Of a DNA stretch of 64,000 nucleotides, positions 40,422 to 52,893 are shown one piece after another. Source of the stretch: Basidiobolus meristosporus CBS 931.73. Taxonomy: Eukaryota > Fungi > Basidiobolomycota. A model generated the notes under the pieces. That model had not been told where the DNA came from, did no database searches, and saw only the letters and a list, made by a program, of their open reading frames with translations. The stretch lies in contig MCFE01000030.1 in the NCBI GenBank assembly GCA_002104905.1, positions 124,001 to 188,000 on the forward strand, given 5' to 3'. Positions within the stretch are counted from its first letter, which is position 1. The number at the start of each line of letters is the position of its first letter. The position numbers and the translations under genes are program-made.

Positions 40422-40770
40422 TGTTGTAAAATTCGGAATTTCCACCTAAATATTCACCTAACTTAGTCACTTAGATCTTTACCTTCAAATCCTAGAGAAT
40501 ACTGACCAAATTCCTTGTTGGGATTTACTTAGTATATTTTCACCAAAATACCAGGTACCCACAACATGAAAATTCTCAAAGTTGTCCAAACAGCCCCAAA
40601 CTTTGTACACATGTTCTTGAAGCCTTCCTTAACCTATTCTACGTGTTTGTTATGCCAAGATCATGTAAAAGTATAAATACTACTTTTACATTCAATAATT
40701 CATTAAGTGAAAACCACATAATCTACTTGTTCTCCAAATCACTTCCAATATCTCCAAGACTCTTACAACA
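40422..40770 (+). mobile_element. Young Copia solo LTR (349 bp) inserted inside an older LTR of the same family
   Basis: TGTTGTAA...TTACAACA ends with a perfect GGATC TSD (40417-40421, 40771-40775). Confidence 0.92.
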
Positions 40771-42899
40771 GGATCATTACCTACAAATCTTAGACAATGC
40801 TGACCAAATTCCTTGTTGGGATTTACCTAGAATGTTTTCACCAAAACATCAGGTACCCATAACATGAAAGCTCTTAAAGTTGTCCAAACAGCTCCAAACT
40901 TTGCACACAAGTACTTGTGACCTTTGTGAGCAGACTCTATGTGTTTGCTGTGCCAAGACCATGTACAAGTATAAATACTACTTTGACATTCAGTAAATCA
41001 TTAAATGAAAAGCCCATAATCTATTTGTTCTCCTAATCACTTCTAATATGTCCAAGAATCTTAAAACAGGCTATGAGCACCAGGCCGTACTCTTTACAAT
41101 GTCCACAACTGCTAATACTGGAATCTCTCCTTTGGCTGAAAAGTTGGACAGATCTAACTACTAAGTTTGAAAGATGAGGATGACAATGCTGCTGCAGGAA
41201 AGAGGCCTTTGGGATATTCTTATGGGAGAGCAATCCCTACTAAAAGCATGGGAGACTAAGTTTTAAAGCACCAATAGAAAGCACACAGTGCCTTTCACTG
41301 CATTTACTCTAACATCAAAGACAAATTGTTAATTCAATGCTCAAGAGCAAAACATCAAAGAATACCTGAAAAGCATTAGAAGACACCTACCAGTTATGGT
41401 TGGCTGCAAAGAAAATGCATCTTGGACAAAAACTCTATACAACAAAGATGTTGCTAGGAGAAGAAATGAAAATCCAATCAACAGATTAACCCTGTTGATT
41501 GATAAGATGGAATCAGTGGGCTTACAAACCACAGAAGAAGATGTGAAAGTTACCCTCTTGAATAGCCTGACAGACAAGTCTCAGGGCCTTGTATAAGCCT
41601 TAGAGTCCTGAGCTGAAGATTTGACCTTAAACAACATATATGGAACTATTGTTACTGAAGAACTAAGAAAATCACGCACCAATAAAAAGGAAGAACAAAA
41701 TGCCTTAACAAGCAATGGCAACCCATAAAAAAGGTATCTGGGTCACTTTAGAGGCAATAGCACCCTGTTTTGCAACTATGGCAAAAGGAAAGAACACACA
41801 TCTGACCAATGCTTTAAAAAGTGAGATAATCAGCAGAAGAAGCCTGAATAAGTAATCACTGCAACAACTAAAAATAGACTATTCATATCTGCACAAAATA
41901 TGACTGCAGGCAAGATCCTCAGATGTGGAATATTGACTCTGGAGCATCTCAAATCCTCACACACCAAAAAGAACTTTTAACTAATAGCAAGAAATTGCAG
42001 TTAAGAAGGTTTTCATGGATGACAATAGAACACTTGATGCAGTTGGAGAAGGAACCATCCAGGTAAACCTTAGAAGCAATGAAGGAAGCCACACACTTAC
42101 CTTCAAAGAAGTACTTTTTGCACCAGAAATAGCCAAGAACCTAATTTCTGCAAGAAAGGCAACAGCAGAAGGACTCAGTCTCAGCTTTGACAATTCTGGA
42201 TATAGGATCACTAATCAAACTGATGCCCATATTGTTTTGGGTATCATAGATCAGAATCTAAACAAGCTGACTTATATTCCATCATATCTGGAAGCCAATA
42301 AAAGTAGGTTAAATGAAGCAATAACAATGCTTTGGCACACCCTGTGAAAAAATATTTGATCCCATGGGTGGGTCCAATCCTGATCAGTTGTCAGGATCAT
42401 GTTTGGACACCATCATAATACTGGCAGCTTGGAATTAGTGACCCCCTTGACAATCTTATGACAGGATCACAACTGTGTTTTGCTGATTTTACTGCCAAAT
42501 AAAGTTATAAACCTTGACAGGGTTAGATTGGTGCTGTGACAATAATTGCATGGCATTGTTGCAGTCTTGATGCACTCTACAACTACTTTAAATGAACCTA
42601 ACTGGCCAGGAGTTCCAATTGCCTTATATATCAAAAAACTTGACAGTATATCAACAGCCTCAAAGCAAGACACTGATGGCATTATTATGGTAGTTTGGCA
42701 GCCTAAAGCTAGTTCTGTATAATGCTACTCTACCAATTTGCCAAATTGTATTTCCTTTTTCTACCTCCCCTTGTGCAATTCAGATATTCTGCTGTAGAAT
42801 CACCCCTCTTTATTTGCTTACCCACTACTACCTTGGGCATTCCACATATAGTTTGTATAAAAAAACTATGGCCTCCTGCTTACTAACCCCTAAAAATGT

Positions 42900-45500
42900 G
42901 TACACCTGCCACAATTAATATACTTCTATTACCTCAACTTTATGGCTTTTTAGTGTGATACTTGCAAAGTTGCCATGTACCTTGTACTGCTGGTAACATA
43001 TACATCTTGCAAACACATGCTTGGTTGTTGCCACTTCTGCCATGGATACCTCCTGAATATCTGCAAAGAACTTCTTGGTATTTAGCCAATATAGTCCTTC
43101 TCCCTGCTGGATTCTAGTCCCCCTTATAGGTGCGCTCTGGCTTTGTTTGTGTGAATTCCATATTGAATAGTGCAGAAGTTGGCTTGTGACCATGAGAAAT
43201 CTGGCATACCTTGGCAGAGTTTTCCTGATAAAAATTAGTTGCTTGTTGCACCCAACCTAACTTTGCATTACTAAACTGATTGCCCATGCATTGCGGCTGC
43301 TTAGCCTCTTAATGCCATAGGCATAGGTGTCTCCATGTGCACATTTGTCCTCAGTATTTTCCAACTCTTCCTGGCTGTCCTCTATGTGCCAACTCCTCAC
43401 ATTGATGATGGACTTGAAGGTAATATTCTTGATCAGATTGGGATATGGTAGTATCTGCAACTTGACTTGTCTTCCTATCTCCCCACACATCCACTCCATA
43501 GGAAACTCCCAAAAGGTGAAGCAAGGCCTAATAATCTCCACACACTGTGCAAGATGGAGTAGAGAATGGATACAGTAGAGGCAGAGATCTACGCATTCAG
43601 CTTTATGCTTGTAGTATGGCCACTTGAATCCCATCATAAACTCCTCACACAACAGCTGTAGATGCATCAGTTTGGCATTGGTGATCTGCTTCTGGATAAA
43701 TACTCCTACAATATCCACATATGACTCCAAATGCTTCCAATGTACTCTTTGTAGGAATGGCTTCAGAACGCCACTTGAATAAATACACATCCAGTTCATC
43801 CAGTCTTTGCAATTGTATTACCACATATGCATATGAATATTAATTGGAGCCCATGAGAGGTACTTAGGGTAGCAGATACTCTGTAATATCTTGCCAATTC
43901 TTTCATATTTCTCTGGTATCTTGAAGGGCTTATTTAGCTTGAAATGCCCTATGTACAACTTGGCCATCAGTAGAGGGATATTATTGAAAAGCAAATGCAT
44001 AGCTCCCAGTGGAAAGCTTTTGCTCCAACAGATACCCTCTATCTCAAGTATTGGTGGTTTCAGATTGATTCCATATTCTGGCCAATGGCTTATAGCTTGC
44101 CAACTTTGCTGCAATTGCATGCTGACTACTGTATGTTCTCTCTGTGGAAAGATGATGTTCTCAGTGCTGGTGTTTGGGTAATAATAATGTGAGTGAGTTA
44201 TGGAGCAAATCCCCTGGATCTCACACATTTGACAGCAATACTGTCCATTGTGCCCAGAAAGCCTGCTATCTTGCTGATGACTGGGTATTTTCAATGCAGA
44301 TAAAAATATGCACTTTTACATGACAGCCATTTACAGTTATCCTGCTGGAAAGCATACAAAATTCATCCAGTTATGGATACAGGTAGGTATCCAGGTTGGA
44401 TGGTGATTTAGGCCCAGATACCAGTGAGACTACCATCAAATTATTGCTGTGATACCATACAATGGGCAGCAAATTCTGATTAATGAGAATTAGTGGCCAG
44501 CAGGATTTGCAGGTAGAGTACTTGTTTAATTAGAATTCATCAAGTGCTAAGGCAAATGCATGGTCATACATACCATCAAAGTAGCCCTTGCTTCTTAGCT
44601 GTTTGTAATGTTTGCCATCATATATATTGGATATGTTTGCGCTTGATTGATACTCAGCACAATACTGTATAGCTTTGCAATATTTGTTGGAATGTATCAG
44701 CTTCCTCAGACAGGGTATAACTGGAATATATCTGGAGTGTGAACAATGTTTTCCCTTGATAGTGGTGGATTCCTGACAATGTGGACAAATTGCAATGGTA
44801 GCATTTTTGGATGTGAATGCCATGCAACTGTTAACACATGCGGGAATCAGTACAGTGTCTGGATCATATGATGCCAGCTGCATGACAGTTGTCCACTTGT
44901 ACCATGTACATAGTAAGTTGCATGCCGGTATGATTTTGGCAAGAGGTAGTAATAAATCCTCAAAGCCCCCATTACTGATATTAGTGGAAACATGCCACTT
45001 CTCTAGCCACAATGTTACATCATTCACCAGTAGATGGACTACTGGGCTCACTTGGCTCCACAAAGTATCCTTGGCATCTGTTTCATTGGGTGTTGTCTTG
45101 CTGCATATAGGGATTTGACTAGGCTCATACATGGTACTGTTGTTAGGGGAGATAGGCTCAAAATCCATCAGTGAACCTTCTTCATCAGAGCTATCACTCT
45201 GCATGCCATATTCAGATGGCTGAGGTGAGCCTAAAGGTGGCATAAACTCACCTGACTCAGTTTGTGCAAGGTGACATAGATAGCCAGGTGCCTATATAGA
45301 AGTATCAACTGGCCTACAAGATAATGTTGGTACAGTAGTGACCAATGAATGGTCAAGTATTACTTGTGTGGCAAAACACTGGCCATGATCCTTGCAATAC
45401 TTCCTATGCTGTCTGCATGCTTCATGGCTGAGAGGCTTGACACAATAGCCATATGGTGTTTTTTCTCTTCTCTTACAGCATTGAGTCAAAGTAGTCTTGT
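42900..45500 (-). pseudogene. CACTA transposase (Tnp2/Transposase_21 and DUF4218-like regions), frameshifted
   Basis: CVNSCMAFT...CPHC, YIPVIPCLRKL, FALALD, SGHNGQYCCQMC, LGAMHLLF, FWEFPMEWMCG. Confidence 0.85.
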
Positions 45501-45705
45501 CCATGGGCAAACAGCTTGACCTTCAACAAAATCACGCTATTATATCCCTTTTGGTCAATACTCATGTGAACTGAAGACAGTCTTGTATTTGAGACATTGC
45601 ACCTACATGAATGTAAGATTCAATGATGACCCACCATAGTAAGCATTATAAATAAAGTTGTGGCACCACATACACATGTATATGTAACACAATTTCCCCT
45701 ATGGT

Positions 45706-47195
45706 TTGACTCACTTCTGTATATATGCTGTCATAACATCACCACCACCCATATTAGCAAGTATGTTGTCAGCTCATACCAAAGCATTAATGAGGCAATT
45801 AGGTGCAGTAGCTGATAGGATAGATGTAATGGCCCAGAGGAATCAGGAAATAGTCCAGAAACAGGATGAGCAGATAATACATGTAGAGCAATCAGTATCC
45901 CAGGTAGAGAAAGTAGTATCTTTGCTGCATAGAAGGAACTCAAGTAGCTCAATGTCACAGCCAAGAATTGAGCCATTTTTCAATGTAACAGCAGAGGAAT
46001 ACCATAGAGCCTTTGAAGCACAACAACAGTGCCCAAAGATAAAGCCCACAAAAAAACCTATCACAGCATGGAAGGGAGACAATGTGGTGTTTATACCAAA
46101 GCCTAAAAATCCAAAGATATTGAAGATTGGTGAAGCCATTAAGTGCAATAGTGAAGAGTGGGCTAATATTTGAGAGGCCATCAGTAGTCTAGCATGCCAT
46201 GACCTGAAGGCTTGCATATCATGGAACCATCAGGAACTCAAGGCCAAGCAGAATGCACTTGACTTGTTCTGTGAGCATTATCCTGGATTCAAACAGGCAA
46301 ATAGATTTTGAGCCAGCATTGGTATGCTAAGAAAGTATCTTAAGAATAGCAGAAACTATCAAAGGCAGAAGAACAAGGGTGCCATGGCTAAAAGCTGGCA
46401 GCTTCCTCAAGAGCCTGTTACAAGCAGGGCCAAAAGCTCCAGACAAGCATCAAAGAGATTTCAGGTAGCTGGAAGAGTGCCAACTAGGGATAAGCAGGCA
46501 GATATGAATGCACCAGCACTACATTTGTCAAGGAAAAAGCATAGTACCACTCAAGAAGCACTCAGTCAGAGTAGCAGTGAAGGACCCAGCTATGATAAAA
46601 GGTGTCTTTTACAGGAGCCCATCACAGGTACGGTTGAGAGCTCAAAAGAAGCAGAAAGAAACATCAGGTTGCCAGAAGAGTGCCAACAAGGGACAAGCAG
46701 GTCAAAACAGATGTGTCAGAGCAGAGTTGATCTAGGAGAAAACATAGTGCTTTAAAAGAAGCACTCAGACAAAGTAGCAGTTAAAGACCTGGCAGTGATA
46801 AAGGAAAAGGTAAAGGGAAAAATGTCTACCCAAGCCTGAGACAGGGAGGCATGCAAAAAAAACTGTAGTTCTTGCCAATTAACACCACAAGTCAGGAACA
46901 GACTGAGTCCCATCATAGCCAAGAAGAACTACCAACAAGAAAACAGCTGTTTTCACAACAGTTGGAAGTGCAGCCAGTTGAGCTACACTCCAGCAAGGTT
47001 GATGAGTTTGCTGAAAATGGCAATTTGTCTACCACAGCCTCCACATCCTCCATTGTTGACAGAGTGGAGATCACACTGACAGACAAGACTACAATGTCAA
47101 GAGCTCAAAAGACCATCACAATGCCTGCAGTGGAATTTTGGAACATTAATAGGCACACCAAGAGGTTGCAGCACTTCTTCAAGAGCAGTGCTTAA
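45706..47195 (+). pseudogene. CACTA ORF2 (unknown function; coiled-coil-like N-terminus, basic C-terminus), broken
   Basis: Consecutive plus-strand ORFs 45706-46173, 46324-46755 and 46872-47195 lie inside the TIRs. A homologous segment is at 1-750. Confidence 0.6.
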
Positions 47196-47466
47196 GAAAA
47201 CTTACTGGAATATTGCAAGGAATTATTGCAACCTGAGCATTACAGCAGAAATACTTATTGAGTGGTAGATATTTGTGGAGTTATTTGTTGAGTGTGGAGT
47301 TGGGCTTAATGTTAGTGTAGGGTATAGGGACTTGCATAGGTCAATACATTTGGCAATTGAGGTACAACTGAAATGTTAACAGAAATAAATCAATTCATAG
47401 ACATGAAAAGTAAGAGAAACAGTGGAGTCAGGAAGTAAGGAGTGTGAAAAAGAGGCAATAGCCAAT

Positions 47467-47677
47467 AGACTTGTTTCATTGTGCCATTGATCATAGTGCC
47501 AGAGATTGCTGTATATTTTGTTGTTAATTTGATATTTTAGGGTCATATGCATGCCAATTTTGATCCCAAAATGGCACTGTATGGTACCATCTGGCACTCT
47601 GTGGCATGATCAGGCACCATCTGGCATGTTATGACACTATTAGGCACTATGATCAGCTGGAATGATGGAACAAGTCT
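47467..47677. mobile_element. 211-bp MITE, TIR AGACTTGTTTCAT, TSD AAT
   Basis: Inverted ends and AAT on both sides. Absent from the homologous CACTA segments at ~1105 and ~25,735. Confidence 0.9.
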
Positions 47678-48609
47678 AATCAATGCACAAATGTAGGAGG
47701 CAATAGAGTGTCCAGGATCAGAAAGTGAGCAAATTGGCAGGGAGCCAATCAAAAGCCTCTTATAAATTGTTGTGATGAAAAGTTTTGACTAAGTTTTTTG
47801 TGAAATCTAGGGTGCAATTAGTTTTCAACAGTATCTGGACAGAGTCCTGATGGGATCAGTACCCCTTAGTCATGGGACTTTAGCACTGTGACAGCCTTTT
47901 GACTGGATCATCTCATTAATTTTTCATAGGGATCCATTTTGATTATTTACACCAAATGATCAAAGATCAGATAATTTTTGAATTAATAATTGCTTCCCCA
48001 GCTAATTTGGAGCTCTGTGAAGCCTGAATATATGGGAAACAAGCCAGTCAACCATTCAAGAGCTCTGAGTAAATCAGAACTAAGAAAAAATTAGATCTAA
48101 TTCACTCAGATCTGTTTGAACCAATGCAAAATTTATCAATGGGTGGGATGAAGTGTTTGGCCACTTGTAATGATGATTGGGAAGATACATGTGAGACCAC
48201 TTCAAGGAAAAAAAGGAAGAAGTTCTGTCTAAGCCTGGGGGGCTTAAAGCCATGGTGAAAAGAGAAACCAATGACAAAATCAAGAAAATTCACTCTGACA
48301 ATAATGGACAATATACATCAATGCTCTACATCCACTTCTGCAAAACTCCAGGGATAAAGCAAGATACTACTGCACCATACTCTCCACAGCAAAATGGAAT
48401 GACAGAATGTGCAAACAGATTGATAAATGATATGGCAGCAGCAATTATCCATGATCAAAATTTATTATAATTTTTGGGCATAATCATTTGACACAGCAAT
48501 ATACCTTACAAATAGGAGTTACAACAGAATACTTTGTAAATCTACTCCATTTGGGGCATGGCATGGATACAGACCAAGTGCCAAACATCTAAGAATATAT
48601 GTGTGAGGG

Positions 48610-48945
48610 TTAGTAATTATTGACCACAGCTGAACTCTTATCAAGTCCCTGCTGGTGAAGTTTACAGTTGCTTTGACTTTGCAAGCTTTAGTACATTGTC
48701 ATCTCAGAGGAAGCTAAACCCAGCACATACTTTTGTTAAGACTCCAACCAAGTTGGGGATTGTAGCTCAATAGTTTTCCCTTGACAAGCTTGTGGCTTAA
48801 TTCCCCTTCATATTTGAGTAGAGACAAAACTCAAATATTCTTAGTAAGCTTTTGCCAGAGGTTATTGCACCCAGTGAGCACCCCACACACAAATCACTTG
48901 AGCAGTATTGAACATATTTCTCCTTTGGACTTATGCACCACTATA
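48610..48945 (+). repeat. 3' fragment of the ~1.07-kb LTR family
   Basis: Matches ~13,905-14,237. Confidence 0.75.
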
Positions 48946-49571
48946 ATGTTTTCAAAGTATATATACTACACTTTTGATCAATAAATCTATAAGTTAATAA
49001 CATGTTTAAAGCTGCACTTTTGAACAGACAACTTGACAAGCACATGTACATTGATCAGCCTGATGGATTTGCTGACCAATATAGTCCCCATTTGGTCTGC
49101 AAGCTTGAAAAATCACTACGTGGTCTCAGCCAGTCACCAAGAGCCTGGAGTTGCAAGATAGATTTGTATTTGGAATATCTGTGTTTCCAAAGAAGTACTG
49201 CTGATTAAAGTATTTACTATAAGCCAGATAGAACAAATCCAGATCAATTAGCTCTATATGTGGATGATCTTATCACAGCCACCAATTTCCAAGAAACCTT
49301 GAAAGAGACCAAGTTCAGCCTGTCAAAGGGTCTCAAGATGTTCAATCTAGAAGAGCTCAGTTACTACTTGGGGATAAAGTTCTTGATTGACAGCAGTACC
49401 CTGACTATCACCCTAGGCCAGTCCAAGTATATTCAAGATATACTTGAGAAGTACTAAATGAAAGTTTGCATACTGGCTGCAACCCCAATGGAGACAAACC
49501 TTAACTTGGTCAAGACTTAATCAATCAAGCAGGCTTGGTGTCATCTGAAAGCCAAGAATTTTCTTATCAAT

Positions 49572-49782
49572 AGACTTGTTTCATTGTGCCATTGATCATA
49601 GTGCCAGAAAGTGCTGTATATTTTGTTATCAATTTGATATTTTAGGGTCATATGCATGTCAATTTTGATCCCAAATTGGCACTGTATGGCACCATCTGGC
49701 ACTCTGTGGCATGATTGGGCTCCATCTGGCATACAATGGCACTATTGGGCACTATGATCAGCTGGAATGATGAAACAAGTCT
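49572..49782. mobile_element. 211-bp MITE, second copy, TSD AAT
   Basis: Same length and ends as 47467-47677. Inserted in the Copia RT; the other Copia copy has a single AAT at this position (~16,990). Confidence 0.9.
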
Positions 49783-50599
49783 AATTTATGATTAGCAGAC
49801 TGATATATATATATCATGCCTGGAATATGTCCAGATATCTCATTTTCAGTGGGAGTTGTCAGCCAGCCTAATCCAAATTATGTATCTGAGCATATTGCAG
49901 CAGTTAGGCAGATTATTAGACATCTAAAAGGAATGGCTAATATCTGCTTAAGGTACGCCTTTAAAGATCCAGTATGGGATCTTGTAGGATACTATGATGC
50001 TGATTGGAGACAAAATTCTGAAGACAGAAGATCCACAACAATATTCATCTCACTGTTCAGGAGCAATAGTGTGGATTTCAATGAGGAATAACTTAGTTAA
50101 CTTAGTTTCTTGTCCTACAGATGAAATGATTGCAGTCACATTTACCAAACCATTGGCTTGAGACAAGTTGGAATATCTTAGGTCACAATTAGCACTAGTC
50201 AGTATATCCATTTAGCTGATTGGGAGTGTTGTAAGAGTTTGTAATTCCACCTGAATATTCACCTAACTTAGTCACTTAGATCATCACCTACAGATTTTTG
50301 GGAATGCTGACCACATTCCTTGTCGGGGTTTACTTAGAATATTTTCACCAAATTAGAGGTACCCAGAACATGAAAATCCTTGAAGTTGTCCAACCAGCCA
50401 CAAGCTTTGCACACATACTCTTGGGCACTTTGTAAACATTTTCTATATGCCTATTATGCTAAGGCCATGTCAAAGTACAAATACTACTTTTGCATATGAT
50501 AAATCATTGGGTGAAAGGCATATAATCTACATGTTTTCCCAATCACTTTGAATATCTCCAAGACTCTTAAATCATAAGCAACAGCAATTAACAATATCA

Positions 50600-51450
50600 T
50601 ATAGGTGTGCTGTTATTATCTCCCTGGCTCTCCCAATATGTTTTGAGCCCTTTGTTATCAATCTCTGATGTGCCTGATACTGCTATAGTTGGTAGTTGGA
50701 ATATCTAGCTCATATCAAAACATTGACTTATCTTGAGCTTTTATATAGCATAATGCTATGGCACTACCTGATGTGTTGGAGCACTCTGGATGTATTAGAG
50801 AATACACATCATGCACCGGAGGCTGCAAAGGAAAAAATACTTCATCAAGTAAACCTCTTGACAGCTTGGTCTATATGTGAATCCACCTACTACTCTATCT
50901 TGGTTTATAGCAACTGTGCAATATTATGCAAAAAAAATTCAGCTAAATCAGCAGACCAAGGAAAGAACATTTGGCAAGACTGCATTGGGCAAAATATAGG
51001 AGATGATCTTGCACCCCAAGCTCATTGTTGCACAGGATTCAAGGACTACAGATACATTAATTCAAACACTAGCTAAAGAAAAGCTCAGTAGAGCCCCCAG
51101 TTGAGCATTCAGGTTTCTAAAGACTAATGATACAATAAAAAATCTCTAATGATGGAGTAACTCAGGTGACTCTAAAGCACATGATTGTATAATAATTGGA
51201 AGGAATACTCATTATCCAGACATTGCAGAGGAACCCAAAGATATTGCAAAATATCAGAATGTATCAGACATGGATACCTGATATTTTGGTACACACTCAT
51301 GGTTAATTCCAACAATATAAGATATGTAAGATATGATCAAGGTGATCAAGACAATAGAATATTTAGTTGCAATTACAAGATTCACATCGGTACTAAGCTA
51401 GCATTTCTGCTGTTCCATAGCAGCCTTTGTATTATATTACATTCTTACAA
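50600..51450 (+). pseudogene. Possible L1-like relic (post-RT region), CpG-depleted
   Basis: HIKTLTYLELLYSIMLWHY resembles LIKSLxxSxLxY...LWH; weak. Confidence 0.3.
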
Positions 51451-51639
51451 AATTTAGAGTCTCCTAGATCACCTTTTGAGAATTTGTAAACTGGGTGGTA
51501 GAGACTTTGCTGGAAGTACGCAGAGTCAATTCTAGCCTAGGGATTGGTCTGGAAAGTGGGACACATCACAGGCTGCATACATGGTTGGATGCAATCAAAC
51601 CAGGGCTTAATAGCTCTGTCTATCCTGTTTTAAGTTAAG

Positions 51640-52209
51640 GTGCCAGATCTTACAGTGCTGGCTATAACCAGGACATAAGGGAGCCAGTAATCAACCAATG
51701 GCATAATGCCACAGGGTTCCTGTCAGAGTCTTAGGCAATGAGTAATTGAGTTAAGACACTTATTGCATGGTGGATTTACATGTTGTGTCTGAGTTTGGGC
51801 ATGAGGTTAGTGTTGAGTATAGTGAGATGTTTAGGTGAGTGCAATCCAAAATGAAGCTACTTCTGAGATTCATGAAAAATAGACCAAAATGTACACATGA
51901 AAAGTTAGAGCACCAGTTGGGTTAGGAAGTAAGGAATGTGAAAAAGAGGTAAAAGCTAATCAGTGTACACACACATAGGATTTGAGTGAGTGTACCAGAC
52001 TAGAAAGTGAGAGAAATTACAGAAAACCAATCAAAATCAACTTATGGATTGTAGTGATGAAAGATTTTGGCTAAGTTTTCTGTAAAATCTGATGTGTATT
52101 TTTCCAGTGGCTTTTATATAATAACCTATCAGCATCAATACCACTGAGGCATGGGATCTCAGCTTTGTGATAGCAATTTATGGGATCATCATATTTATTT
52201 TTTATAGGG
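51640..52209 (+). mobile_element. CACTA right end
   Basis: Follows the 47,230-47,931 pattern and ends ...ttttttataggg. Confidence 0.7.
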
Positions 52210-52544
52210 AGAACAAATCTGTGGAATAGGCAATCTAGCAAGATCCTTATTAATGCTCAGCATATATATATAAGAGGACATCCATGATGAGGGATGTGCT
52301 TAGAGTACTACAAAAAGTGAACAAAGATGCTACAGCACCACAGTGAGTAATCTAAGCACCATTTAAAAAAATACCATTATTGTATCCTATTACTGGCATC
52401 AAGACAAAAATTGTTATGCTAGATTGCTCTGGCACCAAAAGCTGCTAGGAACTATGCAACACTCTCCAAAAGAGAAAGTTAGCTGTATAGAAGCCACTTT
52501 CACATTGTATAAAGCAATTCACTAAATCATATGATCTATATATT

Positions 52545-52893
52545 TGTTGTAAGAGTCTTGGAGATATTGGAAGTGATTTGGAGAACAAGTAGATTATGTG
52601 GTTTTCACTTAATGATTTATTGAATGTAAAAGTAGTATTGATACTTTAACCTGGTCTTGGCATTACAAACACGTAGAATAGGTTAAGGAAGGTCCCAAGA
52701 ACATGTGTGCAAAGTTTGGGGCTGTTTGGACAACTTTGAGAATTTTCATGTTCTGGGTACCTGGTATTTTGGTGAAAATATTCCAAGTAAATCCCAACAA
52801 GGAATTTGGTCAGTATTCTCTAGGATTTGAAGGTGATGATCTAAGTGACTAAGTTAGGTGAATATTTAGGTGGAAATACAAATTTTTACAACA
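52545..52893 (-). mobile_element. Young Copia solo LTR (349 bp)
   Basis: TGTTGTAA...TTACAACA ends with a perfect ATATT TSD (52540-52544, 52894-52898). Highly similar to the reverse complement of 40422-40770. Confidence 0.92.

Larger units (their letters stand above)
42340..47931. mobile_element. Full-length CCC...GGG CACTA (En/Spm) transposon, 5.6 kb, with two divergent ORFs
   Basis: TIRs CCCTGTGAAAAAATA and TAATTTTTCATAGGG. It splits the Copia pre-integrase region, which resumes on the far side. Minus-strand transposase, plus-strand ORF2. Confidence 0.88.
40366..50574 (+). mobile_element. Ty1/Copia element expanded by nested insertions (solo LTR, CACTA, 1.07-kb LTR fragment, MITE)
   Basis: 5' LTR 40366-41068, PBS-like GGCTATGAGC, gag/protease 41100-42339, integrase resuming at 47932, RT/RNase H to ~50200, PPT GATTGGGAG, 3' LTR from 50227. 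No matching TSD was found, so it may be chimeric. Confidence 0.82.

Noticed and set aside
47465-47679. TA target duplication (Tc1/mariner or Stowaway type) for the MITE
   Set aside because: Empty-site homologues fit collapse of AAT, not TA, at both insertions.
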